DNA of 63,785 bases, filler included, from Choristocarpus tenellus KU-1152 (GCA_964200185.2; 14 parts of 14 records of this genome joined end to end with filler, not necessarily neighbours in it); one strand, 5' to 3'; positions 26,201-39,182 are shown, numbered from the whole stretch's first letter. A program made the numbers and translations. The notes: generated by a model not told the origin, from the letters alone.

Positions 26201-27157
26201 CCTCTTTACCTGTACAAAAATAGCCTCTGCACAATAAAAAGTGTGATGGTGCAATGTGGAAACAGTGAACGTCCAACATGGACTTATTCTTATTTCCATT
26301 GGTTTCTGGAACTTTCTTCTCAAACAGAAGAAGCTTTGAACCAACTGTTGGTATCTTAATCTATCGTCAGTCTCAGCAACACACAAAACACCCTCTGGTA
26401 CATCATTTTTGTCAAGTCGTGGAGTCTTGAAGCTCAGGGTTTCGTTAACTTTTGTTGTTGTTGCTGTTATTGTTGTGAAAAGATTAAAATGAAAAATAAT
26501 AAAGTGAGATGCTAGGTCAATGACTTTGTCATTAAGTTCGTTCTGTGCTCAACAGCGTGGGTTAGACTATTTGAGTGAGGTTCAAGATGACAGCCTGCAT
26601 GTCTAGCGTTAACTGTGAAGACAGAGGTGAATATTTGATAGAAGCTGACATTTCTCCTGCAACAACGGCTCGGCCACCAAGATTCGTGGTACTAGGGCTG
26701 TCACTGGAAAATGGGAAAATGTCCTTGGCTTGTTACATCATATAGGACATTCCAACTTGAAGCCTAGTTTGATCTCGAAAGTCAAGACTGACAGTGAACA
26801 ATCACCCCCTCAGCTACAGTGAGCATTTTCTAGTTTTTCTCGCCCTGGGTTTCAAATTGTTACCATCCTGCAATCCCTAAGGCTTTCTTTTCAAGCAAGC
26901 CAGCATCTGGAGTGGGTTCAGCCCTTGATCTGGTGAAGGGTTCGAGTTGAGGTTAGAGCTGTGGTTACATGTAGTTTACAGCTCTCCACAAACATACATT
27001 AACCCAAGGTTAGTACAGTCATAGGTTGAACTGGACTGTCAGGATGTAATGACACCCACCTGTACCCAAAATTCCAGGACCCCGACTTTCCACCACCATC
27101 CCGAACTACGTCAATGCCTCCCTGTCTATGAACTTATGACAGTTCCTCGAGTGCACT
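23211..27157 (-). pseudogene. Multi-exon fragment of a large Gly-rich extracellular-type protein with in-frame stops. Exons 27157-27060, 25370-24886, about 23712/23672-23211
   Basis: Phase-compatible GT-AG exons give SALEELS*VHRQGGIDVVRDG...GYRYRIVF...LTFS*SGAGACGC and Gly-rich beta-strand repeats (GGLNITSGASVTIAAGG); TAA at 27136-27134, TGA at 25309-25307. Confidence 0.65.
23951..24212 (+). mobile_element. MITE family B, full length, TSD AGT, intronic
   Basis: AGT at 23948-23950 and 24213-24215; both TIRs present. Confidence 0.92.
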
Positions 27158-28146
27158 CTGTGGTTGATTGAAAGCGATAGAGGAATAATTCGACAACAGG
27201 TGGCTTTCTAATGGTACAGGAGGTACACCAAGGGTCTGGTCTTGAATAAGATATTCAGGGGAAAAGAATAGTTGCAAACACAAGGTTGACTGAGAATCAT
27301 CAGTGCTAAGGAAGGGACAGAAGTGTTAGTGCTTGGTGGATGCCAGTACTACTGCATACTTTATCCCAGGTAACACAGTACTCTGAAAATCCACTGTATT
27401 AGACCTGATCTATTGGGGACCTTGAATATATGAGAAATTTATTGTCTGTCAAACGATCTGCTCTTATTTTACTCCTTTTGTCTGCCCATCTTGGTAACTT
27501 TCTTTCCAAGACTTGTGGTTCTGTTTACGGAAGATTGGTGTGCAAATGAGACCCTAACCCTAAGCTGAGACTTTGATTTTGGCACAAGCTACTGAGGAGA
27601 TCAGGAGCCTTTGTTGAGGTTCAGGGGAGTAGGTTTCATTTTTTCATCCAGTTAGCCACTTGAAAATATATGTAAAAGTTGTGAGCGCAGTGATTGATGC
27701 AGATTTGAAAGGTGCTGATACATGGAAGGTGAGTTCAGGTGAGGACTAGAATATAGAAGGATTTGTTACATGGGGATAGAATCTAGCACACGTTTGCAGG
27801 TTATCCTAGTCAATCTGTCTACAAGAATGGGGGGGTAAAATTGTGCTTTATACTGCCATATACTCAGCCTCTATTATACTTATTCAATGGCAATGCCAAT
27901 CTTATCTCTACATCCTCAGGGATATAAAGTCGCTAAGCCTTGATATTGCTTAGGCTGTTGAAGAGGACGGACCCATATGACTCATAGGTCCCATGGCATT
28001 GAACGTACTCCAATGTGCTTCAACACATGCATCAATTACATGCATTGATTACCTGAAGTCCAAAACAACAATAGGGGATCTAATTCATGGCAAAGACCGA
28101 AAAAAAAAGGAAAGAAGAATATGTCTTTGTTCTCATGATACCCTTA

Positions 28147-28224
28147 GGCTCATATTATCTAGGGGGGGGGGGGGGGGGGGGGCCGTCCATTTTGGTTTTT
28201 TTTTTTTTTTTTGGGTTGTTGGGG
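28147..28224 (-). mobile_element. MITE family A end, low-quality sequence after polyG
   Basis: GGCTCATATTATCTA-polyG-CCGTCCATTTTGG. Confidence 0.7.
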
Positions 28225-29174
28225 NNNNNNNNNNNNNNNNNNNNNNNNNNNNNNNNNNNNNNNNNNNNTTAATTAATTAANNNNNNNNNNNNNNNNNNNN
28301 NNNNNNNNNNNNNNNNNNNNNNNNAAAAAATAATGGGTATCACAATTTTGGCGAAGGAGGTGTGGCGCTATGTGAGAAAAAATAAATGCTGAAAAGGGGG
28401 GGGGGGGGGGGGGGGGGGGGCGTAAGTCACTGTTAGTTACATGTATATGACCCATGTGTCCATTGCTTTGTGGGAAGAGGTAAGTAGGGTAAGCATGTGG
28501 GGAGGGAGGTACTGTTGACACCAGTGTGTGGGTATGTACCACCTGTAACTGTAACACTTGAGTGATACCTAACCCTAACCCTAAGGTATCATATCGAGAA
28601 AAAGTTAAATAATTAAAATTATTTTAAAATGTATTATTCGCTCAACAGGAAGGAGATAAAAAAAGCATTTCTATAAAAGACAACATCTCCCCCCAACACC
28701 CAGAAGAGTCTCCTGAAAGGGAAGACAACATGATCCACTTTAAAAGGTCTCTAATTAAATTCCAATGAAGAGTAAATACCCCCCCACACACAAGATACCA
28801 TACATGTCTGAGAGAAAAGTTAAGAAAATGTTGGGGTCAAAATTAAAACCAATGGTGCACACAAAAAACATACCTTGAGACACATAACCCACCTGAGACC
28901 ACTGACACAGGTTTCATGGACTGAGACTTCCTTTTTTGCATATACTGCATATACTGCATTACCATCATCCCCTCAACCATGGGAACATGCAGTACTGAGG
29001 GGTTTGGTACAAAAAAGAAGCAACACCATACCAGCAGGGGGGGGGGGGGCTGGTACCTTCCGTCCATTGCAGTACTATTATACTAGTTTCTCACAAAGGG
29101 TGGGGTTGGGTTGAGGAGGACACGAGGGGCAAGGGGAGGGGGGAAAAGGTACTAAAAAACAAAAAAAATCCCAC

Positions 29175-31383
29175 CATGGGATCGGAGTTGGTGATGTGGG
29201 GCACTGTTCTGGTGTAGAGGGGAAAGGAATCCTCAGAAGCATTGACGAAGAATTGCACCTGTAGAGTTGGCACAAACAGCAACAGCAGCAGTATGCATTA
29301 ATGTTGTTACTATTACCACTGTCATTAAGTTATCATAGGAGGGGTCAGAACTAGAGTAGAGACACAACCAAAAGTTGAGGTTCTCAGTGAAATGGTAAGG
29401 AGAGAAACTAGAAGAAAAAAAAGAGCAAAAGCAAGGGAGGAGATCAAGGGATGAAGATGTGGGGAGAGGGGAGGATAGGAATTAGACCAATCGAGTTCGA
29501 CCTGGTGGAGACAAAGTTCACCATACAAAATGTCTGTCAATGGTGTGGCTGAAGATGTATCCACCTGAACCTTGTCAAAGTAACAACCACATGCTCCACC
29601 CAACTCTTACGTTTGCTTGCCCTCACACATTCTCTCTAACTTTAACATGATGATCCAGATCAAGCACAACAGGCACATTATTCTTCCATCCTCTTTCTTT
29701 GAGACATAAAACAGAAGGCTTCCAACTACAGGTGCTCTTCACAAAAAGGGAAACTAGCAAGGTAAATGCATATGCTGCAGTCTTGACAAAAACAATTGAT
29801 AATCAACATGTATATAAATAAACAGATGTACAGATATACAGATATGGCGGTCTCATCTCACCGTCTCTGGACTCAGGCGCACAGATATAGCCTTCAGTAA
29901 AGCCACATAGTGGCTAAGGAACTCCTCATCCTCCCATGCCAGTTCCAAAGTGCATTCAATTGCAGGCCTCCACCGAGAAACCCCTCCCACTCCATCCAAA
30001 CCTCGGTCAGGGTCTATAAGGCGGTTGATGTGGTCCTTGGACAAAAGCATGTACAGGGACGTGGGGTTATGAATGTTCTGGATGAGAACAGAGATTGCCT
30101 GGATCACCTGAGGACAGCAGTTGTCAATGCACAGTACATTGTGGGAGTGGATGGCTTAGAGAGTTTGTGGCAGAGGGGGGAGGACAGGCACAGGTAAAAA
30201 CATTGTGTCTAAGGGGATAATTGGAATATTATCTAGGCACACAAGATATTGGCACATCAATAATGTCTAGGGGTGTGCAAGGATGCCAAAACTGGGTTGG
30301 CTATACAAGAGGAGTACTACAGAACAGGGCATTGTCGTTACAGACTCCCTCAATAAAAGATCAGGAGCCACCAGCATTTTTTCGCTTCAGCTCTTAATAA
30401 AATGGGTATGAAATTGTAAGCACATCAGAGACTTAATCATGAATCAAAAGGGTGAGACAGTGGAGTCATTCTACTTCAGACATATCTATACACTAGATAT
30501 GGTGAGTGCCTTTAAGTGGTTGAACGCAAGGGCAGGTGAGGTTGGGGTTATCCCATGAACCTGCACACAATGCATGGTGAATAGTAGACTCCAGACCTGA
30601 CGCGCACCGAAATATATGAGAGCATTGTGATGCCGTAATTTTTGATTATTTAGATTTTGAAGAAGTGCTGACCAACCGCGAGTGCTGAGCCAAGTCCTCT
30701 CTCTAGCACAAAAATCAATTTAGCCTTCAGCACACCCTTCACAGAAGGGAGAACCGAGGAACTGGTGATGGTTCATATGAAGCTCGCCTGTGTCTTGTTA
30801 GTCTGGTCCCCGAGCTGTAGAGCCTTTACAAAATAACTCATTATGTCCTTCTCGCAAAAATATTCGAAGAACATAGGTTGCTCAGCTGCCTCTCCATAAG
30901 CCACCTGGGCACGACGAGGGTCGGCTTGTGTGGGGTAAGATAGTCTTCTAAAAAGGGAAATGAACTTGGACGCAATCCCTACCGATATTTTCGGGTGTAG
31001 CGCACAGAAACACTCTCCAGCAGGACGCAACTTATCGAGTTGAAACGAGGAATATGTCGAATTAGCGCTGCTCATCACGGTACACATAACAATGAAAGCT
31101 GTGTATCATCCCTTCGGACTCGACCTATTCGAAAGTAAAATGACAAGCTCAGCCTCACCATCTCCGCAATGGAGCGTAGCACCTCATTGAGCCGAATCTT
31201 TCCTTGCAACCTTGAATCAGCCAGAAAATCCGACCCCGACGCGAGAATGATAACTAGTTCGGCCTGCAGTCCTCGTAGTTGGTCCATGGACAGGTATTTC
31301 CTTCCTCCAATACCTGTTGAGCGCCTCAGAGGTGACAACTGGTGCGATACACCATCTCTAGCACGCCCCAGAAAGTACGCCAT
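29175..31383 (-). CDS. CLEC16A: CLEC16A/TT9/GOP-1-like FPL-domain protein, 5' part. Exons 31383-31159, 30904-30788, 30107-29862, 29258-29175
   Basis: LRSIAEM|VAYGE..FFEYFCEK, Q|VIQAISVLIQNI..TSLYMLLS.DHIN, DEEFLSHYVALLKAIS.RL, VQFF..FPLY..DPM follow the FPL domain in order; all exons phase 0. Confidence 0.9.
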
Positions 31384-32736
31384 AGGTAAAGCTTCTCAGG
31401 GTGAAAATGGAGACTGGTTATTGGCATAGAGCAACAATCTTTCGCGCCCCTCCAAGCTTGCCAGATAGCTCTCGACCTCCTTATTGAGTTTGTGTTCTAC
31501 AAACAGCCACGTTGCAGACAAGCACATGTATATTTTCCTCTAAGGAAATTATAACTTAGGTCAGGCACAGATAGAGTACCTGGTACTGCACACACCTATT
31601 TGTTATTGAGAGTGAACATCTTGCACATCTAACAACAATAATAAGGAAAGAGATGTCAACATTCTTTTAATTATTTCTTACTTACGTACGTCCTTCGGTT
31701 ACTTAACAAGGAAAATATAATGTATTGTGGGTCCATGACATACACCCTTATATAATTTTCGTCACTACAAAGAGGAGAAGAGAAAGTGAGGTCAACGTTT
31801 AAGCCTCTATGCACTTGGATGAGCAATCAGGAAGAGCAACATGAAGCGATTACTTGACATGTGGCTGCTGGGAAATCTCCCACTGCTGCTCCTCATAGCG
31901 ATGTCTTTACCACAGGGGGGAATCTCGACGGACACTCACCATATATGTTGGAGAGGAAGCTCAGAGTACGAAATGGAGCTGGTATTCTGTGACAATGAAG
32001 CCAGTGACGACACGACACTGGACGAGTGAGTTTGCACTATACTATCGGGTGGGTTGTATCAACTGTTGGTGATGCTTCGACTGAACCACACTCACAACCA
32101 AGTCCGGTTATTAAAAAAACAGAACTTGATACTTTTCAGAAAAGAGTTCTACGACTCGTCCGTTTATGGGTGATCCGTCTCTACTTTCGAAACAGTAATT
32201 CATTTTGTGGGAGTGTAGAGTGCCTTTCCTAGTTTGGAAACCATTGTTCTCACGGTCAAACAAATTTCAGAATCACATCCTGCCCCGCACACTCCCGACA
32301 TGAAGGTGGTACTGTTTCAAGACAGTTGTCTGTCAGGACTGGCGGAATGAGAACCGGAACTGCCCAGTCATCAAGTGAGCAATCCTTCCTGCAAAACCAT
32401 AGCCACTATCTCAAGATCAGGTATTGAGGGTATGGAGTCGACCCACCTAGCTGGAACCTACTGAACAATATTTGCATCTGATAACGATGAAAGGGTGGGA
32501 ATGAGTCCATAAACAGTATAAGAGAGGCACCATCCTCTCATGGAGTATACGGTGTCATGATGAAAGGCTCACCCCTTCAACATATTGAGTTACAAGGGCT
32601 AGCAAAGCTTAGTGAGCACAGAGTTGGCAAGCACAAAATATCCCATAGAAATCAAACTCCTCTGTCTTTCTTATCTCATGTTCAGCATTGCAAGTCCCAC
32701 AATGACCCAATCCCTTCCCTAATTGGATGTGTTACT

Positions 32737-32821
32737 GGGTCAAAGTATCTGGGGAGGGAGTGTCGACGTCCGTTTTTCACCCTTTTTCGATTTTAACTTT
32801 TTTGGTGTGATTTGGTCGCAC
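32737..32821 (-). mobile_element. MITE family C end (contig end)
   Basis: GGGTCAAAGTATCTGGGG...GTCCGTTTTT...GTGATTTGGTCGCA. Confidence 0.75.
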
Positions 32822-32921
32822 NNNNNNNNNNNNNNNNNNNNNNNNNNNNNNNNNNNNNNNNNNNNTTAATTAATTAANNNNNNNNNNNNNNNNNNNNNNN
32901 NNNNNNNNNNNNNNNNNNNNN

Positions 32922-32941
32922 CCCCCCAGATACTTTGAGCC
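32922..32941. mobile_element. Family A-type TIR at contig start
   Basis: CCCCCCAGATACTTTGAGCC. Confidence 0.8.
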
Positions 32942-33399
32942 TGTTGAGAGATTGCCTCATCTCCAGCCATGGTCAGTTCTCCAGCATTCTTATACTCCTC
33001 ACCCCCTGCCCCACCCCCAGCACCTGTGCTTCCAGCCACGCTATGCCGTCTGCCTTGTGCTGAAGTCATATCCCCTTGTTGAGCATTGAGATACGATGCA
33101 GGAGAATTGACTTTGATAGGCTAATTGGCTATTGCATTGGGGAGGTACACCTGCACTTTACTATCTTGCAGTAACCCACAAAAGGAATCTGTTATATATT
33201 ACTATCCTCTTTATCCTCACATTAGCGGAGGGACCCCAGACCCCCATGGTCGAAAAAATAGCCCAAAGAAAGCAATACACAGTGGTTAAGAAAAATCAAC
33301 AAGGAAGATAAAAGAAAAACAAAAATTGTAAGAAGAAAAAGGATGCAAGAGGATAAGCCCAAAAAGAAACAACATTCAGCAGACACTGATGATGGTGGT

Positions 33400-33870
33400 G
33401 TTGGTGGCTTGGGTAACCTTAGCTGATGCTCTGGTGTGACAGGCATTAGCTATCACAGCTTCCTTGGAATGCCATTCAGCCACTAGCCTCGTTGTGCCGT
33501 TAACCACACACTCATACCACTCCTGTTGGTTAGTGACCTTCTGCTCTCCAACCCTCGACTCCATTACCAAACTGGTTAAGGTCGTGTTGGAGGCATGCCC
33601 ACCAGTTCTTCTCTTGTCCGCCTTGCTTTCGTTTTCGGTTCACCAGCTCCCCAAACATTAATATATTCTGAATTTGCTCATCTCCCATGCGAGCAACAAA
33701 TGACCCAGCAAATCAGAGCCACCTCTTGCACCTGTTGGCGCGATACTTTCACACCCAGTCTTCATAACAGCATCTTTGTAGGATAGACATGATCGGCGCG
33801 TTTCCGTTTGCGGAAACCTATGTAGTGGAGGAGGAGTTTTGGTGAAGATCTGGATTGTGGCGGAGAAGAT
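33400..33870 (-). mobile_element. RTE-like LINE, 3' fragment (decayed)
   Basis: LLLHYIGFRKRKRADHV, KTGCESI, MFGELV..KQGGQEKNWWACL..DL..FG, WYECVVNG..AEW; homologous to 54741-54960. Confidence 0.75.
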
Positions 33871-33885
33871 TCACTGTGGGCGGTA

Positions 33886-33965
33886 GGAGTATGCACCAGA
33901 TTTGAGGGAGGAGATAGAGCGACGAGGGGTGCGACACCTGAACGCAATATGCAAGGAAAAACCAA
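33886..33965. repeat. Dispersed repeat, second copy at about 35444-35525
   Basis: Shared GGAGTATG(C/G)ACCAGATTTGAGGGAG plus similar downstream sequence. Confidence 0.7.
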
Positions 33966-34739
33966 GGCATGTATGGGGAAGAGTAATTAGTTATAGTTCA
34001 GCAGTTACTTCTTAGGGTAGAAATAATAGTGAAGTGCGGACTGGTGTCTCTGATCAGGGGTCAAGGGTTAGGTAGGGTGGATGTAGTGGAGAAGCTTTCA
34101 GATTTAAGGTGAGAAAACACTGACACCATCACCACCATCAAAATACTATTATAATTATTAAATAATAATAAAAATAAAATAATAATCGCGATGTACTCTC
34201 ACACACTGGGTCATCTCTTTACCGGAACAAATGACTTCTTCTGGATGTTGCTTTTCCAGAAGTCCAAGCAGCCTGTCATATACCTCACCCATCCACCAGG
34301 AATGGTGTAGCTGCTGCTGTAGCCGAGGCACTAAGGTGCACCCACGACTAGTGATCTTTTGATCCTCGTTGTTTTAATATCAGCACCTTGCAGTGGAAAG
34401 TTTCAGGTGCTATTGAAAGCAAGGAGAACGTTTCTTGGATGAGTTAGCCACCCATGTATTGGTAGGACCTCCATGAAAAAAAACGCTCCCACAGCTTAAC
34501 ACGATGGGATATGTAGCTCCAATCTACAAGCTCGTAGGCTGATGACAAGGCTCACAGTTGACGCCACAATTGAAATATCATTAATTATGCTGGATCTCTC
34601 ACTTTAATATTTCACTTTTGATTTGATTGGGCGAAAGAGAAAGAACCGAGACAAATGTGAGACAAGAAGCACAACATAAAAACTAGGACTTCAAGCTCAT
34701 AATGGTGTCGATAAAACCGTCATTAAGACCGATTGCCTG

Positions 34740-35110
34740 TGACAAAAAGGGTGGGAAGATATTGTAGGAAGGGGCTGTCAAGTCCTGTTTGAGACAGATA
34801 GTGTCTGTCACTGCAGAAGTGACTCTCCCGAGGCATGCCATGCGTTTCAAGCTAGAGACACCAGGCAGATGATAAAGAAGGGACCTGCCAGATTCTGATC
34901 AAAGTATCTGGGAGGTGGGGGTGGGTGGCGGCTGCCAATTTGAGGTCCATTTTTTCCATGTCACGATTTTTGTGTGATTTGGTTGCATGCGTCGGACAGA
35001 TAGTGTAAATTCACTTCCCCTGGTCAGGTCCCAAATGGACACCCTGGTGTAGACCCCCCCTCCCCACCCCCAGATACTTTGACCCTCTTAGGATGCTTCC
35101 CTTTGTAGGG
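34740..35110 (+). mobile_element. RLE-type non-LTR retroelement 3' fragment, interrupted by MITE A
   Basis: After a small frameshift near 34775, AVKSCLRQIVSVTAEVTLPRHAMRFKLETPGR is a clear paralogue of 50716-51015. Confidence 0.75.
34897..35085 (-). mobile_element. MITE family A, full length, TSD TCT
   Basis: TCT at 34894-34896 and 35086-35088; empty-site paralogue near 50760. Confidence 0.92.
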
Positions 35111-35721
35111 GCTAAACTGGGTTAGAAGCATAGCAATGTACACATTATTTTCTGGTTTCCAAACTCTATAAGGGGACATCGTTGTATTGTTAGTTTTCAA
35201 ACAGAAAATATATTTCAGCGAGGCATCTTGTCCATTAACTAGAGCTGAACTGTTTTTTTTAATGACTGTAACAACAGTACTTTTCGTGTAGTTTTCGTTT
35301 TGCTTTGAAACATCTATAAAATGTAATAATATAAATGAAAAATATAGAAATGGTGGTAATAATAATTGATGATAAGAATGATAATGTTTCTACTACTACT
35401 ACCAATGATAATAATCGAGTTAATTTCCTGGCAGTTACTTTTTGGAGTATGGACCAGATTTGAGGGAGACAGAACGTGGTGTGGTGAGAGTGGTGAACCC
35501 AACATTTGAGAAAGAATCAACGCACGTACAGAATACTCCAGCTATTTCTTGTGGAATAACAGTAATTACTTCGTATTGTAGAAATAAATCTGTAGTGTGG
35601 ACAAGTAGTTATTGAATAAGGTTTGTTTTGCTCACGAATTCTGTATTATTATTATTCTTTTATTTTCTATTTTTGCATTCCTCCCTAATCCTCTCCTCTC
35701 CCTATTCTAACCCTCCTTGTG

Positions 35722-35922
35722 ATCAACCAGGGCAAAACCCCTTTGCCACTGATTTCCAGCCACCCCAACTCTGATGACCAACCAGGGCAAACCCCTTTGC
35801 CACTGATTTCCAGTCACCCCTTCCATCCGATGACCACCCGGGCGAACCCCTTTTGCTACTGATTTCTCGTCCCCCCCCATCCGATGACCAGCCAGTGCGA
35901 CCCCTTCGCCACTGATTCCCGG
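35722..35922. repeat. About 57-bp tandem repeat, about 3.5 diverging units
   Basis: Recurrent GATGACCA..CC.GGGC.AACCCCTTTGCCACTGATTTCC. Confidence 0.85.
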
Positions 35923-36167
35923 TCTCTACCACCCCTTTCACCCCTATTCAACCCCACTCACCCCCACACNNNNNNNNNNNNNNNNNNNNNNNNNNNNNNN
36001 NNNNNNNNNNNNNTTAATTAATTAANNNNNNNNNNNNNNNNNNNNNNNNNNNNNNNNNNNNNNNNNNNNGTGGGGGGGGGGGGGGGGGGGGGGGGGGTCC
36101 AAACTCTTTTTTTGTTACGGTGAAGAAAACGTTTTTTGCATTATATGGCGATGAATATGATTGGTAG

Positions 36168-37515
36168 AGGAAGGAACTGCTCCATATAATGCCAAAAATG
36201 TTATCTTCACCACAAATGACAACAAAATCTTCCCCTCTGTCGACCTCTGTGGAGGTCCATCATCAAGTGTCGCACAATCGTTTTCATCCAATATGGAGTA
36301 CTCCATCCCCTCTCTGACCAAGCAAGTCAAGGTGAGAGTGCACCGCTATGCTGAAGGTGCTCACGCGCCTACAAATAACAACAATAGCCTGCCAAGGAAA
36401 GCCCATCATCAGGGAAGTCTCCCTAACCCTAAAAAATTACTTGCATTAAGGGAAACACTTTAAAGGGAACACCCCACCAAAACCCCCTCACCCCCCCCAA
36501 GAATGGTAAAAAATACAACCAGTCCAGATTGCAGGACAGCAAGCTTCCCCGATAAGACCTTCCAACCAAGCACCTCCTTGTGGTCTCCCCCTCCCTTTCA
36601 ATGCACACAGTTTTACCTTCCCCAAGAGACAAACCAAGAGCGCCTAGAGAGGTATCATTCCTAAGCTGTCCTTGACGATCTGTTGTCCCACACAACCAGA
36701 TATATTATTGTTTATTAGCTTGTATCACAGTTGAGAAGAGAGTGAGACACCATCACTAGGTGGGGCTAACCAATCCTTACATTGAATGACTCAGAATACC
36801 AAATGAGTCAACAGTTCTCTAGTACACGTCAGAAACACTCCGACTCTAATAACAGTCCGTCGAATGCTTCTGGCCAAATACCCTAACCCCAAATATCCCG
36901 AATGTCCTGCATCGTCATCTGTGCGTACATAAAATAATACTTTAAATCATGTTCTCACAAATGGTTAAGCATAATCTTGACAATCATCCTTGAGGTAAAG
37001 AGTGAAAAAATCAAGTCCCCCTATCCACGCAACTAACGTCTTATCTTCCCGGTCCCACCAGCCACTTAGAAACAAACCCTGTTGTAGGTCAAATTCTTCA
37101 ACATCTGCAATATTTTGGTAAATGAATTTTAGGTACCTACTGATCTGGGAGTGTTTGTTTGTTTCTGTGTATGTGTGTGTACGTGTGTGCATGTGCGTGC
37201 GTGTGTGTGTATGTGGGTGGGTGGGTGATGACATCTTCAACCATCCACACGCCATTCAGGAGTGCAAATCAATCTCACGCAACACTTCACAAAATATAAC
37301 ATATCGAGGTATGTTATACCTTTATTGCGTCTCTGGCCTTGCCCTTTCGAAAGTTCTTCTCCTCCCTCCCCTTTGCCCTCTCAAACCCAAGAGCGGCATC
37401 GCGTTCCCTTACCATCTCCTCTGCCGGGGTTCTCAGCCTACGCTCCTCAAGTACAGTGGACAGTTCCTGCTCTAGCATACATTGCACACTTTGAAGCTTA
37501 TTTGCAAGACTACGG
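36168..37515 (+). CDS. Internal exons of an unknown gene (about 36168-36331, 37260-37308, 37437-37514)
   Basis: Donors AAG|GTGAGA, GAG|GTATGT, ACG|GTGAAT and CAG acceptors give an open phase-consistent reading ...SLTKQVK|ECKSISRNTSQNITYR|AYAPQVQWTVPALAYIAHFEAYLQDY. Confidence 0.45.
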
Positions 37516-38731
37516 TGAATGAATGTAATATCATAAGAGGAGGGTTAGGGATATCACAAGAGAAGATACTTGGGGGGGGAGGGGAGGATGGATAGATTAT
37601 GTGATACAATGATAACACCAGCAGCAGAATGTAGTAGTGTAGTCAATTGTGTTTAGTCACTAGAGAGTCGGGAGGTGAAGAGTTTCCAAGGGGTGCGTTG
37701 AGCTGAGGTACAGGGGCAGTGGTTGGCACGACAAAAAGGGAGTAATTACTCTCACACACCAAAATAGACCTCTCTAACAACATAGCAGTAGGTAGCAGAT
37801 CGCATTTCAAACAATGGTTTTATAACGGTGCCAATAATAATAATAATAATAATACCAACGTTAAGAATGGAAAAGAGTACAGAAAATACAATTTTTGTTT
37901 AAATGAGAAAAGTAGGAACAATAAGAGAAAGAATGATAATATTAACAATAATAGCTCTATCATCATCAATACTATTCTTCTTATTATTATTCTTATTATT
38001 ATTCTTCTTCTTCTTATTATTATTATTCTGGAAAAGGAATCAATGGGTGGGGGTGATGAATCGTCGGATTCCTATCGAATAATGGGACCCAGGAAACCGC
38101 ATTTCGACGTCAACAATCCCTCCACCACAGCACTACAAGGTGGAAGTCGTTAGTAAGAAGCTACCTCCAACAAGAGTTCAAAAAACAGTTCATCTTTGGA
38201 CAAAGGAGGGTGGAAGGTATCCTCGCCCTATCTTTCAAGAAATGAAAAGCAAAAAAGGAGAAGCAAGAAAATACAACAAGAAATGGACACACACCTCACT
38301 GCGTTCTGCATTGCATCTGCCATCCTGTTGCCCATCACATTGACTCTTTCCACCTGCGATACACAAGCACGTAGGCTTGTATAGATGTATATATATAGAA
38401 ACATGCAAAAACAACACATCCAAGGCACACAAACACACGCACTCGTACAGAAATGTCAACCAAGTAAATAATCAAGTAAAAATGTCTGTGAAGCAATAAT
38501 ATTGATAATCAACAAAGGACACAACGGCACATACATGGTTTTGACTTTACCAAATTTCTTTTTTACGAAAAAACACAAACAGCAACTTCTACATCCAATC
38601 CAAGCGCGGTGCAATGATAGTAATAAAAAATGTTGGTTAGGAATATTATGATGAAATACAAGTGGCGACCTCAACATCCAATCCAGACTGCTAAAACAAT
38701 CACCACTACTCTATGAATAAAAACAATAAAA

Positions 38732-38774
<43 letters not shown>

Positions 38775-39114
38775 AAAACAAACAATAAGCAATAGAACAC
38801 TACCACTACTAACTATTAGTAAAGTATCGGTTACTATAGACATCATACCATTACGACCACCCCCTAAATTTGAAAAAAATATCTTACAAAAAATAATATA
38901 TATATATATTATATGTATATATTCATGGCACCAAAAAGTACTGTTTGAAATGTGCCTTCCTGCTGGTTGGTCTCATGCTGTAGGGCAGCAACCCTCGCCA
39001 CTGCAGCATCACACNNNNNNNNNNNNNNNNNNNNNNNNNNNNNNNNNNNNNNNNNNNNTTAATTAATTAANNNNNNNNNNNNNNNNNNNNNNNNNNNNNN
39101 NNNNNNNNNNNNNN

Positions 39115-39182
39115 ATCATGCCATGGAAAAATGGGGCCCAAATGGACAGCTCCCCCCCCCCCCTCCCCAGATACTTGGAGCC
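39115..39182 (+). mobile_element. MITE family A, 3' part (contig start)
   Basis: AAATGGACAGC-polyC-AGATACTTGGAGCC. Confidence 0.88.

Noticed and set aside
28569-28584. Telomere (CCCTAA repeats)
   Set aside because: Only about two units, interstitial; similar short runs are scattered through the window.
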